Part shown: piece after piece, positions 49,056 through 58,841 of the stretch | How the letters are laid out: each line of letters starts with the position of its first letter | Position numbering within the stretch: the first letter of the stretch is position 1 | NCBI GenBank assembly: GCA_044221365.1 | Contig: JBGAPH010000017.1 | Span: 31,491-95,490, forward strand | DNA: 64,000 bases | From: Pirellulales bacterium | Lineage (GTDB): Bacteria > Planctomycetota > Planctomycetia > Pirellulales > JBGAPH01 | Reading direction: 5' to 3' | Made by a program: the position numbers and the translations under genes | The notes under the pieces: generated by a model | Database searches by the model: none | What the model saw: only the letters and a program-made list of their open reading frames with translations | What the model was told of the DNA's origin: nothing

Positions 49056-52000
49056 CTACCAATAAACCCACCGCTGAAACAACTCCCGCTCCCTCTTCGG
49101 CAGCGCTTCCACGTCGGGCACCAAGTAGCGGTTGTCCTCCAGGTCCACGATCACCTTGCCGCGGGCGCCGAAGTCTTGGACTTGGGTTTGGGTCCAGCGC
49201 ATCGTGAATCGCGTCGGGCCTTGCTCCGTGCGGACCTTGAACTCCAGGTAGCCGTATTCGAGCGTGATCGAGTCGATCGCGTTGATTCTGCGCTGCAGCG
49301 ACCGACGGCCGAGGGCTTGGCGGACCAGGGCTTGGCTCTCGGCTGGCCAGTCGTTCAGGTCGCGGATCAGGCCGAGTTCTTGTTCCTTCCCGTCCGCGTC
49401 CCAGGTGCGGAGGCTGATGAATTCGTGCGGCCGCGTGGCGGGGAAGGATTGGACGGCGAAGATGCCGCGATGGAGCGTGGACGGCGCGGACGCGTCTGGT
49501 TGTGAAGGGACGGGTTCGTCGCGGTCTTGTTCCGCGAGAGTTTGTGTCGCCCTTTCAGGGCTCATTCCATTCGAATGGGCCGTTTCCAGGGGCTTGCGCC
49601 CCTGGCTAACCTCTGGGCGCCCCTGTCGGGGCTCATGCGGCGAGTTTGTATTCAGGGCGCGTTCAAATAGCTCAAGCGTGATCGCTTGCCGCGGGGCGGC
49701 GTGGAGTTTGGCCGTGGCGGGGTCGAGCCAGCGGGGGGCGAAGGTGGCGCTCTGCGCCTCCGGCTGCGCTTCGTCTGACGAGGGTACTTCGTCGAGTTCG
49801 TCCCAATCGGCGCCTTCCAGCGCCGCCTCGAAGCGTTTGTTCCGGGCAACCTGCGTCTGAATCCGCACGAGCCTGGCATAGGTGCCGTCGAGGCGCATCA
49901 GCTCGTCGTGCGAGCCGTTTTCGATCAGCCGGCCGTCGTCGAACACGAGGATGCGGTCGGAGTTCCGCAGCGTGCTCAGCCGGTGGGCGATGGCCAGCGT
50001 GGTGCGGCCGCGCGAGAGGACCTCGAGGGCTTCTTGAATCGACTTCTCGCTCTCGGTGTCGACGCTGCTCGTGGCCTCGTCGAGCACCAGCACCTTCGGG
50101 TCGTAAAGCAGCGCGCGGGCGATCGACATCCGCTGCCGCTCGCCGCCCGAAAGGCCGGCTCCGCGCTCGCCGAGCCAGGTGTCGTAGCCCAGCGAGGTGC
50201 GGAGGATGAACTCGTGGGCCTGCGCGGCGCGGGCTGCGGCGATCGCCTCTTCCGGCGTGGCCTCGGGGCGGCCGTAAAGCAGGTTTTCGAGAATCGTGCC
50301 GCGGAACAGAAACGGCTCCTGCAGCACCACGCCTACGTGCTGCCGCAGGTCGGCCGTGGCCAGCTGCCGCACGTCGACGCCGTCGAGCAGCACGCGGCCG
50401 GTGTCGACATCGTAGAAGCGGCTGATCAGGTTCACGAGCGTCGTCTTGCCGGAACCGCTGCGGCCCACGATGCCGATCTTCTCGCCCGGCCGCACGGTGA
50501 AGCTCACGTCCTTGAGCACCGGGCGGTGCCGCTCGTAGCCGAACGACACGTTCTCAAAGCGGATCTCGCCCTCGGACTGGGCGAGCCGCTGCGGCGTGGC
50601 TGCGTCGCGCGTTTCGGTCGGAGTGTCGATCACTTCGAACACCCGCTGGCAGCCGGTCAGGAAGCTCGTGAGCCAGGTCGTGAGCTGGCTGAGGGTGCTG
50701 AGCGGAGCGTAGAACATGGCCAGGTAGGCCAGGAAGGCCATCAGCGAGCCGAGGGTCATTTCGCCGGCCAGCACGTCTCGCCCGCCGACATACCAGACGA
50801 TCAGCCCGCCCATGCTGAAGACGAGCGCCATCACGGCGGTGAACGACGTAGCCGCACCTTCGACCGTGGTCCGCGAGGTGCGCAGGTTTTCGCTTGCCCG
50901 CTGGAATTGGTCGAACTCGCGATCCTCCTGCGCAAAGGCCTTCACCACGCGAATGCCAGAGAGCATGCCCGAAAGGCGGCCGGCCTGCTTATGGCTCGAG
51001 TCCCAGTAGCGGTAGTAATTGGGATACACGCGCCGCCAAAAGAACAGGCTGCCGCCGATGACGAACGGCGCGGGGATGAGCGTGTAGAGGGCCAGCTTGG
51101 GGTTGAGCGTAAACAGCATCACGCCGACGCCGATCACCTGCACGATCTGCAAGAGGAAGCCGCCCGTGATCTGCTGAAGCAGGCTGTGCAGCACCTCGCT
51201 GTCGTAGGCGACGCGGCTGACGAGCGAGCCCACCTGATGCCGGTCGTAGTAACCGACGCCGAGGGCATGGAGCTTGCAGACGAGCTGTGCCCGCAGATCG
51301 AAGGTGAGGGCGACGCCCACCTTGTTGGCCAACAGCCCCTTAGCCCAGCTCACGAACCCCAGCAGCACGCGGGCGGCAGCCAGCGCGAGCACCACGAGCA
51401 GCAGCGTTTGCAGGAAAGACGTGGGGTCGGGCGTCTTCGAGCCGCCGGCCAGGATGTCGTCGACCAGGTACTGCTGCAGCTTCGGCGGCGCAAGCTCGAT
51501 CGCCACGCCGACGAGCATGAGCCCACACATGGCCAAGGCCGGCGCCCACTGCGGACGGACCATGTGCCAGAGCCGGGCGACGATCGCCTTCCGCGGCAAG
51601 CAGCGCGGGCACGATTCATCGGCTACCGGCAGCCGCAAGTTGCACTGCGGGCAGTGCGTGGTCTGCTTGCTGACGGGACGCGGCGAGACTTCGCCTTTGC
51701 TGCGGAGTTCCTCGAGCTGTTCGGCGAGCTGGTGGAACCGCGCGCTGTGAGTATTCGAGTAACGGGCGACATCGACCCAGGCGCCGTCTACGTAGCCTTG
51801 CAGCAGTCCCGAGCCGATGCCTCCTTGGGCGCGGAACTTTTCGACCTCGGCCAGCGGCAGATGGTCGACGAGCGTGGGCTCGGCCGTGGCGTCGACGACG
51901 GCCAAGTTGTCTTGGGTGACGACGATCCAATGATCGCGGGGCTCGCCGGCGAGCGAGAGATCGCTGGTGGTGGAGAGGAGAACCGGCACACCGTTGAGCT

Positions 52001-52148
52001 GCTGGTTTTCGAGCAGCTCGTGCACCGCGCAAGGCACAGCTTCCTTGAGCATTTCGGGCGAGAGAATCCCACGAGGCGGACGGACCAACGGAATGCCCAC
52101 GAGCACGCCATCCGACGGCGCCCGCGGGAGCAAAGAAACCGAACACAA
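49056..52148 (-). CDS. Multidomain ABC exporter: N-terminal PH-like domain + Zn-ribbon + 6-TM exporter domain + NBD + C-terminal DUF1854-like domain
   Basis: HCPQCNLRLPVADESCPRC. The TMD looks type I exporter-like. Walker A GRSGSGKTTLVN, signature LSGGERQRMSIARAL, Walker B VLVLDEATSSVD. The C-terminal ..FISLRTWDADGKEQELGLIRDLNDWP..IDSITLEYGYLEFKV..RFTMRW..ELFQRWVYW resembles DUF1854. The start is uncertain: TTG at 52148 or ATG at 52052. Confidence 0.85.
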   Translation of the reverse strand: MCSVSLLPRAPSDGVLVGIPLVRPPRGILSPEMLKEAVPCAVHELLENQQLNGVPVLLSTTSDLSLAGEPRDHWIVVTQDNLAVVDATAEPTLVDHLPLAEVEKFRAQGGIGSGLLQGYVDGAWVDVARYSNTHSARFHQLAEQLEELRSKGEVSPRPVSKQTTHCPQCNLRLPVADESCPRCLPRKAIVARLWHMVRPQWAPALAMCGLMLVGVAIELAPPKLQQYLVDDILAGGSKTPDPTSFLQTLLLVVLALAAARVLLGFVSWAKGLLANKVGVALTFDLRAQLVCKLHALGVGYYDRHQVGSLVSRVAYDSEVLHSLLQQITGGFLLQIVQVIGVGVMLFTLNPKLALYTLIPAPFVIGGSLFFWRRVYPNYYRYWDSSHKQAGRLSGMLSGIRVVKAFAQEDREFDQFQRASENLRTSRTTVEGAATSFTAVMALVFSMGGLIVWYVGGRDVLAGEMTLGSLMAFLAYLAMFYAPLSTLSQLTTWLTSFLTGCQRVFEVIDTPTETRDAATPQRLAQSEGEIRFENVSFGYERHRPVLKDVSFTVRPGEKIGIVGRSGSGKTTLVNLISRFYDVDTGRVLLDGVDVRQLATADLRQHVGVVLQEPFLFRGTILENLLYGRPEATPEEAIAAARAAQAHEFILRTSLGYDTWLGERGAGLSGGERQRMSIARALLYDPKVLVLDEATSSVDTESEKSIQEALEVLSRGRTTLAIAHRLSTLRNSDRILVFDDGRLIENGSHDELMRLDGTYARLVRIQTQVARNKRFEAALEGADWDELDEVPSSDEAQPEAQSATFAPRWLDPATAKLHAAPRQAITLELFERALNTNSPHEPRQGRPEVSQGRKPLETAHSNGMSPERATQTLAEQDRDEPVPSQPDASAPSTLHRGIFAVQSFPATRPHEFISLRTWDADGKEQELGLIRDLNDWPAESQALVRQALGRRSLQRRINAIDSITLEYGYLEFKVRTEQGPTRFTMRWTQTQVQDFGARGKVIVDLEDNRYLVPDVEALPKRERELFQRWVYW
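49548..49660. repeat. REP-like palindrome cluster lying in frame inside the ABC exporter gene
   Basis: Three short palindromes: CCCTTTCAGGG, CCAGGGGCTTGCGCCCCTGG, GCCCCTGTCGGGGC. The stretch CCAGGGGCTTGCGCCCCTGGCTAACCTCTGGGCGCCCC closely resembles the reverse complement of intergenic 48170-48220. Confidence 0.6.
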
Positions 52149-52337
52149 CGACGCTTGCCTCGGGCGGCGGCGCGAGGCAGACGTGGTGGTCCCGGCGAAG
52201 GGATTCTATCCGAAGGGAATCTTACGCAGTTGGGTAGAGCTTGTTCGCGGAATTGGCTGGTAGATTGGCGGGGCGGGTGAATTTTTGGGTTCGCCGGCGA
52301 AGTACTTGCGATCCGCCACCACCAGGAGTCTTGTTCG

Positions 52338-52556
52338 ATGAGCCACGACCCCAACCCGATGCTGTGTCCGCGCTGCGAGACGGAGCTGGAATTCGTAGGC
52401 ACGAAAGCGTTTCACGAAGGTAAGCGTTGGGGAATGCTGGGCGACCTGGGGGAGCTGTTCGTGAACAAGGAGCGGTTCGACGTCTACGTCTGCCAGAGGT
52501 GCGGGCGCGTGGAACTGTTCGTCGACGGCATCGGCGAGCAGTTTAGGCCCCACTGA
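52338..52556 (+). CDS. Small zinc-ribbon protein
   Basis: 72 aa with an ATG start and two CxxC pairs (CPRC .. CQRC). Transcribed divergently from the ABC exporter. Confidence 0.55.
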   Translation: MSHDPNPMLCPRCETELEFVGTKAFHEGKRWGMLGDLGELFVNKERFDVYVCQRCGRVELFVDGIGEQFRPH

Positions 52557-52819
52557 GCACGTCTTGGGTCGGCGATTCGCCAGAAAAAGGAGCGCAAAAC
52601 GGTCGCCGTGTCTCGGGCAGCGCCCCGCCGTTGGGCGGCTCTCTTGGTTGCCACGACCCCCGGAGCATCGTATGCTACTGGACTTGGGTTGCGCGCAGCC
52701 CTGACCCCCTGTCGGGGGTCCCGCGGGCGGCGCGAACCTGTCGCGGGCCCCCGGGCTCGACAGGTCCATAGGATTCGTGAGCGAAGCTTTTTCAAACCGC
52801 TCGCTCGGCTCGCCCAGAC

Positions 52820-54637
52820 ATGGCGGGCTTGTGTTCCGAAACTGTTTTGCAAGAGGTTTTTGTGGCGACTACGACTTCGGCTCCTCGCGCTGCGGCCCAA
52901 CTGACCGTCGGCGCCGACATCCTCGTGCAGTCCTTGGTGAACCACGGGGTTGAGGTCGTCTTCGCCTATCCGGGCGGCTGCAGCATGCCGCTGCATCAGG
53001 CCCTCACGCGGTTCAGCGACAAGATCCGCACCATCCTGCCCCGCCACGAGCAAGGGGGCGGGTTCGCCGCCCAAGGCTATGCGCGCTCCACGGGCAAGCC
53101 GGGCGTGTGCATGGCCACCAGCGGCCCCGGCGCCACGAACCTGGTGACCGCGATCGCCGACGCCAAGCTCGACAGCATTCCGCTGATCGCGATCAGCGGT
53201 CAGGTGAAGACCCCCGTCATCGGCACCGACGCCTTTCAGGAGACGCCGATCGTCGAAGTCTGCCGGGGCATCACCAAGCACCACTACTTGGTGACCGACG
53301 TGTCGGACCTGGCCCGCGTGATGCGCGAGGCGTTTCACATCGCCACCACCGGCCGTCCGGGCCCGGTGCTGATCGACGTGCCCAAGGACGTGCAGGAAGG
53401 CAAGATCGTGCCCGACTACGAGGCACCCTTGAACCTGCCGGGCTATCGCCTGGAAGAGCAGCGCCGTGCCCGTCATGAGCAGATCGCCCAGGTGGCGGCG
53501 GCGATCAAGCGTTCGAAGCGGCCGGTGGTGTACGCCGGCGGCGGCGTGATCACCTCGGGCGCGAGCCCCGAGCTGCGGGAGCTGGTGGCCAAGACCGGCA
53601 TCCCCACTACGACCACGCTGATGGGTCTGGGAGCGTTTCCCGGCGACCATCCGCTCTGGCTCGACATGCTGGGCATGCACGGCAGCGTGTACGCCAACTA
53701 CGCGGTGGAACAGTGCGACCTGCTCTTGGCCTTCGGCGTGCGGTTCGACGATCGCGTGACCGGCAAGGTGGCCGAGTTCGCCAAACACGCCAAGATCGTC
53801 CACATCGACATCGATCCCTCCGAGATCAACAAGAACAAGGAAGCGCACATCCCGATCGTGAGCGACGTGCGCTACGCGCTCTCCGAGCTCAACAAGATCG
53901 TGGAAGCGCCCGACGATCTGACCGACTGGCACGACCAGATCGCCGAATGGAAAAAGGCTGACCCGCTGACCTTCGACCAAAAGTTCGACGGCATCCTCCC
54001 ACAGCACGCGATCAGCGAGCTCTGCAAGCTCACCCGCGACCGCGAGACCATCGTTTCGGTGGGTGTGGGCCAACACCAAATGTGGGCCGCCCAGCACTTC
54101 AAGCTGCAGAACCCCCGGACCTGGCTCTCGAGCTCGGGCCTGGGCACGATGGGCTTCGGCCTGCCGGCGGCCATGGGGGCCATGGCCGCCCATCCCGGCG
54201 CGACCGTGATCGACATCGACGGCGACGGCAGCTTTCTGATGAACATCCAGGAGCTCGCGACCTGCTTCTGCGAGAAGCTCCCAGTCAAGGTGCTGCTGCT
54301 CAACAACCAGCACCTGGGGATGGTGGTGCAGTGGGAAGACCGCTTCTACACCAGCAACCGCGCCCACACCTACCTGGGCCCGATCGACAACCCCGAGGCC
54401 ACGGGCAAGGGGGACGGCCTGGGCCCCAAGGTCCGCTACCCCGACTTCGTAGCCATCGCCAAGGGCTTCGGCTGTGGCGGCCGCTACGTGAAGAAGAAGT
54501 CGGAGCTGCGCGAGGCCCTGCAAGAAATGCTGGCCTACGACGGCCCCTTCGTGCTCGACGTGGAAGTGCCGTATCAGGAGCACGTGCTGCCGATGATCCC
54601 GTCGGGCATGACGGTGCGGGACTTGATCAAGTCGTAG
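52820..54637 (+). CDS. ilvB: Acetolactate synthase (acetohydroxyacid synthase) large subunit, biosynthetic type
   Basis: [99 protein letters not shown]. Confidence 0.92.
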   Translation: MAGLCSETVLQEVFVATTTSAPRAAAQLTVGADILVQSLVNHGVEVVFAYPGGCSMPLHQALTRFSDKIRTILPRHEQGGGFAAQGYARSTGKPGVCMATSGPGATNLVTAIADAKLDSIPLIAISGQVKTPVIGTDAFQETPIVEVCRGITKHHYLVTDVSDLARVMREAFHIATTGRPGPVLIDVPKDVQEGKIVPDYEAPLNLPGYRLEEQRRARHEQIAQVAAAIKRSKRPVVYAGGGVITSGASPELRELVAKTGIPTTTTLMGLGAFPGDHPLWLDMLGMHGSVYANYAVEQCDLLLAFGVRFDDRVTGKVAEFAKHAKIVHIDIDPSEINKNKEAHIPIVSDVRYALSELNKIVEAPDDLTDWHDQIAEWKKADPLTFDQKFDGILPQHAISELCKLTRDRETIVSVGVGQHQMWAAQHFKLQNPRTWLSSSGLGTMGFGLPAAMGAMAAHPGATVIDIDGDGSFLMNIQELATCFCEKLPVKVLLLNNQHLGMVVQWEDRFYTSNRAHTYLGPIDNPEATGKGDGLGPKVRYPDFVAIAKGFGCGGRYVKKKSELREALQEMLAYDGPFVLDVEVPYQEHVLPMIPSGMTVRDLIKS

Positions 54638-55107
54638 CGAACGGCGATTCCGGCCGCCCATCTTTTACGCGAGCTCGAACTACCGCGTCGGTTCTCCCCC
54701 CGTGCGCGCAAAAAAGCCCCCGGAAAGGCCGGGTCCCAGGGGGGCAAAGGACTCCATCCGTTTCCGGGAGCGATTGGACGCGTGGCCCTGGCGGGCTCGG
54801 CGTTGCTCGAACGGACTGCCGTAGGGCACAGCCCGCGCTATGTATTTCGAAGCGACCTGCCGACCTCCTTGCCGACGAGGTCTGCTTCGTGGTCCGCAGG
54901 ATAAAGGCCAGAGCCCCAACCCCGGTGCAGACCGTCCACGTGGCTCGAAATTGATTCGCTTTCACCCGCCGGACCCGCTCGCTTGGCCGCGAACCAAGCT
55001 GCGTGTCACAGGTGTGGGCGGGAGAATATGGCAATCGCCGCAGGGGGTCAAGGGCGGTTTCCGGCGGCCGCGAGAACATTTTCTGCGGTCGCCAAGCCCC
55101 GTCGCGA

Positions 55108-56748
55108 TCAGTACTTGCGAATCCCTCGCAACGCTCGCACGCCCAGCACCACGCTGATCGCCGTGCCGATCGCCCCCGGCACCGACACGCCCCACAGCAC
55201 CGGCAGCACGCCGCGCGAGAGCAAGAGCGTGCTGCCCAGAAACGTGGCGCTCGAAAGCAGCCCCAGCACCAGCCGATTCACCGACGGCTCGAGCCCGCGA
55301 TGGTCGAGATGGACATCGAACCGCCCCATCTCCATCTGCTGCAAGATGTCGGTCAGCTTCTGCGGCACCACACGGGCCAGCCGCTCGAGCTCGTAGTACA
55401 CCCGCCGGGCCTTGCGGGCCTGCCGCGCGGGCGAAAGCCGCCGCCAGAGCATCTTCGACTGGTACGGCTTGATCACGTCGATCAGTGCGAACCGCGGGCT
55501 CACGAGCTGCGCGGTCCCCTCGAGCATGATGAACACCTTGAGCAAGAGCGCCACCCGCGCCGGCAGCCGGATGCCGTAGCGGCGGATGATGTCGGTCAGC
55601 TCCTCGATCGCCCCGCTCAGGTCGAAGTCGTCGAGCGTTTGGTGGGCATAGTGGGCCACGAACTCGCCGACCTCGAGCGCCAGAGCCGATTGATCGAGCC
55701 CCGGCGGCGGGTCCCCCGCCCGCATGATTACGGCCGTCAGCCGCTCGGCGTCCTGCTGGCTGATGGCCAGCAGCATGTCTTCGACATCCTCGCGGAGCTG
55801 ATCGTCGATCTGCCCCACCATGCCGAAATCGAGCAAACCCACCACCCCGCCGGGCAGCAGCACGATGTTGCCCGGGTGCGGATCGGCGTGGTAGAAGCCG
55901 CGGTCGAAGACCATCTCCATGTACATGTTGGCGCCCGTGCGGGCGACGGCGTCGAGATCGATCGAGGAGGCGGCGACCTGAGGGGCTTCGCTCAGCTTGA
56001 CGCCATCGAGCCGCTCCATCACCAGCACGCGGCTGGTGCACAACGCGGGGAAGGAGCGGGGAATGTGAACCTGCGAATTGTCGGCGAAATCGGCGGCGAA
56101 CCGCTGCATGTTCCGCAGTTCGCGGCTGTAATCGAGCTCGCGCTTCAGCGTCCGCTGGAACTCATGCACCGTGGCGCCGGGGCGGTAGTTCTTGAGCTCC
56201 GGCACTCCTTCGGCGAGCTGCGCCAAGCCGACGAGAATGTCGAGGTCGACGCGCACCGTGTCTTCGATGCCGGTGTGCTGCACCTTGACCACCACCGGCT
56301 CGCCGGTGGGGAGCCAGGCGGCATGCACCTGGCCGATCGAGGCCGAGGCCAGGGGGACGTCGTCGAACTGAGCGAAGACTTCGTCGAGCGGCCGGCCGAG
56401 CTCGCGTTCGATCGTGCGGCGCACTACGTCGGCGGAATCGGCGGGCGTTGAGTCTTGGAGCGCGGTGAGCTCGCCGGCCAGTTCGGGACCCACGACGTCT
56501 GCACGCGTGCTCAGCACCTGGCCGAGCTTGATGAACGTGGGCCCCAATTCTGAAAGGGCCAGGCGAATGCGGGCTTCGCGCGAGTGCTTGGCGAGCAACT
56601 CGCCATCGCGGTCCTTGAACAGCCCCTGGGCGAAGTGCAGATCGTAGCGGCTCATCCAATCGGCCAGGCCGTATTTGCTGAGCACCGCCAGAATGCGCCG
56701 CCAACGATTCACGTGGCGGTAGATCTGCGGGATCGAGGTGATCTTCAT
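55108..56748 (-). CDS. ABC1/UbiB-family atypical kinase
   Basis: LGPTFIKLGQVLSTRADVVGPELAGELTALQD, ASASIGQVHAAWL, VVVKVQHTGI, FYHADPHPGNIVLL, LLDFGMVGQI, plus C-terminal TM helices. ATG at 56748. Confidence 0.88.
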   Translation of the reverse strand: MKITSIPQIYRHVNRWRRILAVLSKYGLADWMSRYDLHFAQGLFKDRDGELLAKHSREARIRLALSELGPTFIKLGQVLSTRADVVGPELAGELTALQDSTPADSADVVRRTIERELGRPLDEVFAQFDDVPLASASIGQVHAAWLPTGEPVVVKVQHTGIEDTVRVDLDILVGLAQLAEGVPELKNYRPGATVHEFQRTLKRELDYSRELRNMQRFAADFADNSQVHIPRSFPALCTSRVLVMERLDGVKLSEAPQVAASSIDLDAVARTGANMYMEMVFDRGFYHADPHPGNIVLLPGGVVGLLDFGMVGQIDDQLREDVEDMLLAISQQDAERLTAVIMRAGDPPPGLDQSALALEVGEFVAHYAHQTLDDFDLSGAIEELTDIIRRYGIRLPARVALLLKVFIMLEGTAQLVSPRFALIDVIKPYQSKMLWRRLSPARQARKARRVYYELERLARVVPQKLTDILQQMEMGRFDVHLDHRGLEPSVNRLVLGLLSSATFLGSTLLLSRGVLPVLWGVSVPGAIGTAISVVLGVRALRGIRKY

Positions 56749-57047
56749 CGGAAGGGGCGCGCCGCGGCGGTGGAAGCCGGGGAGCGATGCAAACCAGGGG
56801 GAGCGTCCTCCACCCTGCGTTCGCGCCAGGCGGCACAATCGGCGCCGCCCAACCGCAGGAGCGCCCGGCCGGACGCTCCATCGTACCACGCCGGCAGGAG
56901 CTAGGCGGCCGCCGCCCGACGGTCGAATCGGCACAATCCCCAGGCCGCCGCGACAGTCAATTGGCGATGCGAACGTCAGCAGGCGCTCGGGGCAGGTCGC
57001 CGACGAACGTGAGTGACGCGGGATGCGATCGAAGATACGTTAGAGCT

Positions 57048-57488
57048 ATGCGTAGGTTTCGACTCTCGACATTTCTGGGCGCCGTCACGCTGGCGAGCAT
57101 CTCGCTCGGACTGGTGCGAGTTTTCGCTCGATATCCAGTGTTTCGAGAACCCATTGGTTGGTACGCACCCGCTGTCTTAGCGATCCTCGCGGCGATCTGG
57201 GGCGCTCGCAGCTATCGTGGGCAACGGAGCTGGGCAGGCCTCATTGCGGGCATGTCTTGGGGCGGACTCGCGGCAGCGTTTTTGATGGGCCTGTTGATGC
57301 ACAGCATTGTCTGGGGCCTAACAGATTCGCGCGACTGGTATGTCGTCCACATCTCGTGGGTGACACGATGGCAATTCATGCGCTGGGTGTTCTGGCAGGG
57401 GCTACTCGGCGCCTTTCTCGGCGCCATGGCTAGCCTTTTGCTCTCGATCAGATGGCTGCGACCCCGCGATCGCCGCGCCACACACTAA
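57048..57488 (+). CDS. Hypothetical integral membrane protein
   Basis: MRRFRLSTFLGAVTLASISLGLV.. followed by 3-4 hydrophobic helices. ATG start in a locally AT-richer context. Confidence 0.55.
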   Translation: MRRFRLSTFLGAVTLASISLGLVRVFARYPVFREPIGWYAPAVLAILAAIWGARSYRGQRSWAGLIAGMSWGGLAAAFLMGLLMHSIVWGLTDSRDWYVVHISWVTRWQFMRWVFWQGLLGAFLGAMASLLLSIRWLRPRDRRATH

Positions 57489-57669
57489 CCCGCAGCGCAA
57501 GAGCGCAAGCAAGGGACGCGAGCGCTGGTTGGGCGCGCTGGCTGACGATGCCTCCCGGCCCCGTGAAGGGGGCCGTCGGGGTTCGGCAATGGACGCGCAC
57601 CGCTCCCTTGCTCGCGCTGCGGGTTGGTGTGGCGGACCACCGTGCCCTGGGCATTGCCCTGACCACGCG

Positions 57670-58329
57670 CTAAGCCGCCGCCCGCCGGTCAAATCGGACC
57701 AGCCCCCAGGCGGCCAAAACGATCGCCGCGGCCGGCCAAACGAGCACCGAGCTCGCTCCCAAGCCGACACGGAATTGGCCGGCGCCGGGCACCGTCGGCA
57801 GCACGAGTTCGCTCTGGAACAGCCACCAGGTGAGCGCCACCAGGCCGCAGGCAGGCACGGCCCAGGCCCACCCCCAACCGCTGCGGCGCGAGAGCCGCAC
57901 GAACCACCAGGCGCAGAGGAGCTGCGGGGCGATCGCCGACAGCCGGTGCAGAAACTCGAGCGCGGTGAACGTCCAAAGGCTGTATTCGCCAAAGAGGGAA
58001 ACGACTGCAAAGGCGATCGCCGCCCCCACCGCCAGGCACAGCACCCAAACCAGCAGCGCGAGCGGGATCGGGGCGACGACGAACGTGAGCAGCGGGCGGC
58101 GGCCGGCGAACCGTGCGCCGCGGTAGTCCTGCACCAGACGCGCGGCCAATGCCCGCGGGTCGCCCAAGACGCGGGATGTTACGAGCGCGGCCGTCGACCG
58201 CGGGTCGCTCTGCGCCACGTCGCCGCGATGGGCGTCGAGCTCGTCGATCGTTCGCCGCACGTAGTCGCGCGGCAGGCCACGGCGCAGCAGCAACCGTTCA
58301 AGCCCCGGCAGGATTAGGCAGGATTCCAT
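57670..58329 (-). CDS. Membrane protein co-transcribed with PadR (DUF1700-like N-terminal helix + 4 TM)
   Basis: LERLLLRRGLPRDYVRRTIDELDAHRGD.., then TM helices. Its start overlaps the padR 3' end by 32 nt. Confidence 0.6.
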   Translation of the reverse strand: MESCLILPGLERLLLRRGLPRDYVRRTIDELDAHRGDVAQSDPRSTAALVTSRVLGDPRALAARLVQDYRGARFAGRRPLLTFVVAPIPLALLVWVLCLAVGAAIAFAVVSLFGEYSLWTFTALEFLHRLSAIAPQLLCAWWFVRLSRRSGWGWAWAVPACGLVALTWWLFQSELVLPTVPGAGQFRVGLGASSVLVWPAAAIVLAAWGLVRFDRRAAA

Positions 58330-58666
58330 GAGAGCTTCCTTGCAGGACGCGAGATACGGCCTCGGCCACCCGAGACCATTGTGCGCTCGATTCGCGCAGC
58401 CTTCCTTGGCCGCGCTCGGTCACGTGATAGACCACCCGCTCGCGGCCGCGAATCGTGGTGCGTTCGCTCCGCAAGCAGCCTTCGGTTTCCAGGCGGTGGA
58501 GGATCGGATAGATGCTCCCTTCGCCAAACTGCAACACCTCGCCGCTGCCGGCGCGGATCGCCTGCACCAGCTCGTAGCCGTGCATCGGTCCGCGGGCCAA
58601 CAGCCGCAGCACGAGCAGCTCGGGCACGCCGTTCAGGAAGTCTGGGTTCGTGCGTTTGGCAGGCAT
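58298..58666 (-). CDS. PadR-family transcriptional regulator
   Basis: VPELLVLRLLARGPMHGYELVQAIRAGSGEVLQFGEGSIYPILHRLETEGCLRSE. An alternative ATG is at 58681. Confidence 0.85.
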   Translation of the reverse strand: MPAKRTNPDFLNGVPELLVLRLLARGPMHGYELVQAIRAGSGEVLQFGEGSIYPILHRLETEGCLRSERTTIRGRERVVYHVTERGQGRLRESSAQWSRVAEAVSRVLQGSSHGILPNPAGA

Positions 58667-58841
58667 GGCGGCATGATGCATTGAACTGCGATGTATGTCA
58701 ATGGAGATCGGCGGAGAATCGGCCGCCGCATGAATTCTTTTGCCCCGCGCAAGCCGTAGCCGGCACACTCCGGGCACCGATTGCTGAACTGGGAACAACG
58801 CCGAACGGCGCGCTGGGCGCTTCGGCATTCCGCACACGGAG

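Noticed and set aside
49908-54661. ORFs 49908..52280 (+, 790 aa) and 52484..54661 (-, 725 aa)
   Set aside because: They are antisense to the ABC exporter and ilvB respectively, both of which carry unmistakable Walker or ThDP-enzyme motifs.
54638-55107. Possible small minus-strand gene (ORFs 54627..55079, 54680..54919) or ilvN in the ilvB-ubiB spacer
   Set aside because: The translations are Arg/Pro/Ser-rich and show no ACT-domain or other motif. The only notable feature is a short hairpin (CCCGG AAAGG CCGGG, about 54715-54740) with a T-run on the minus strand, which is too weak to annotate.
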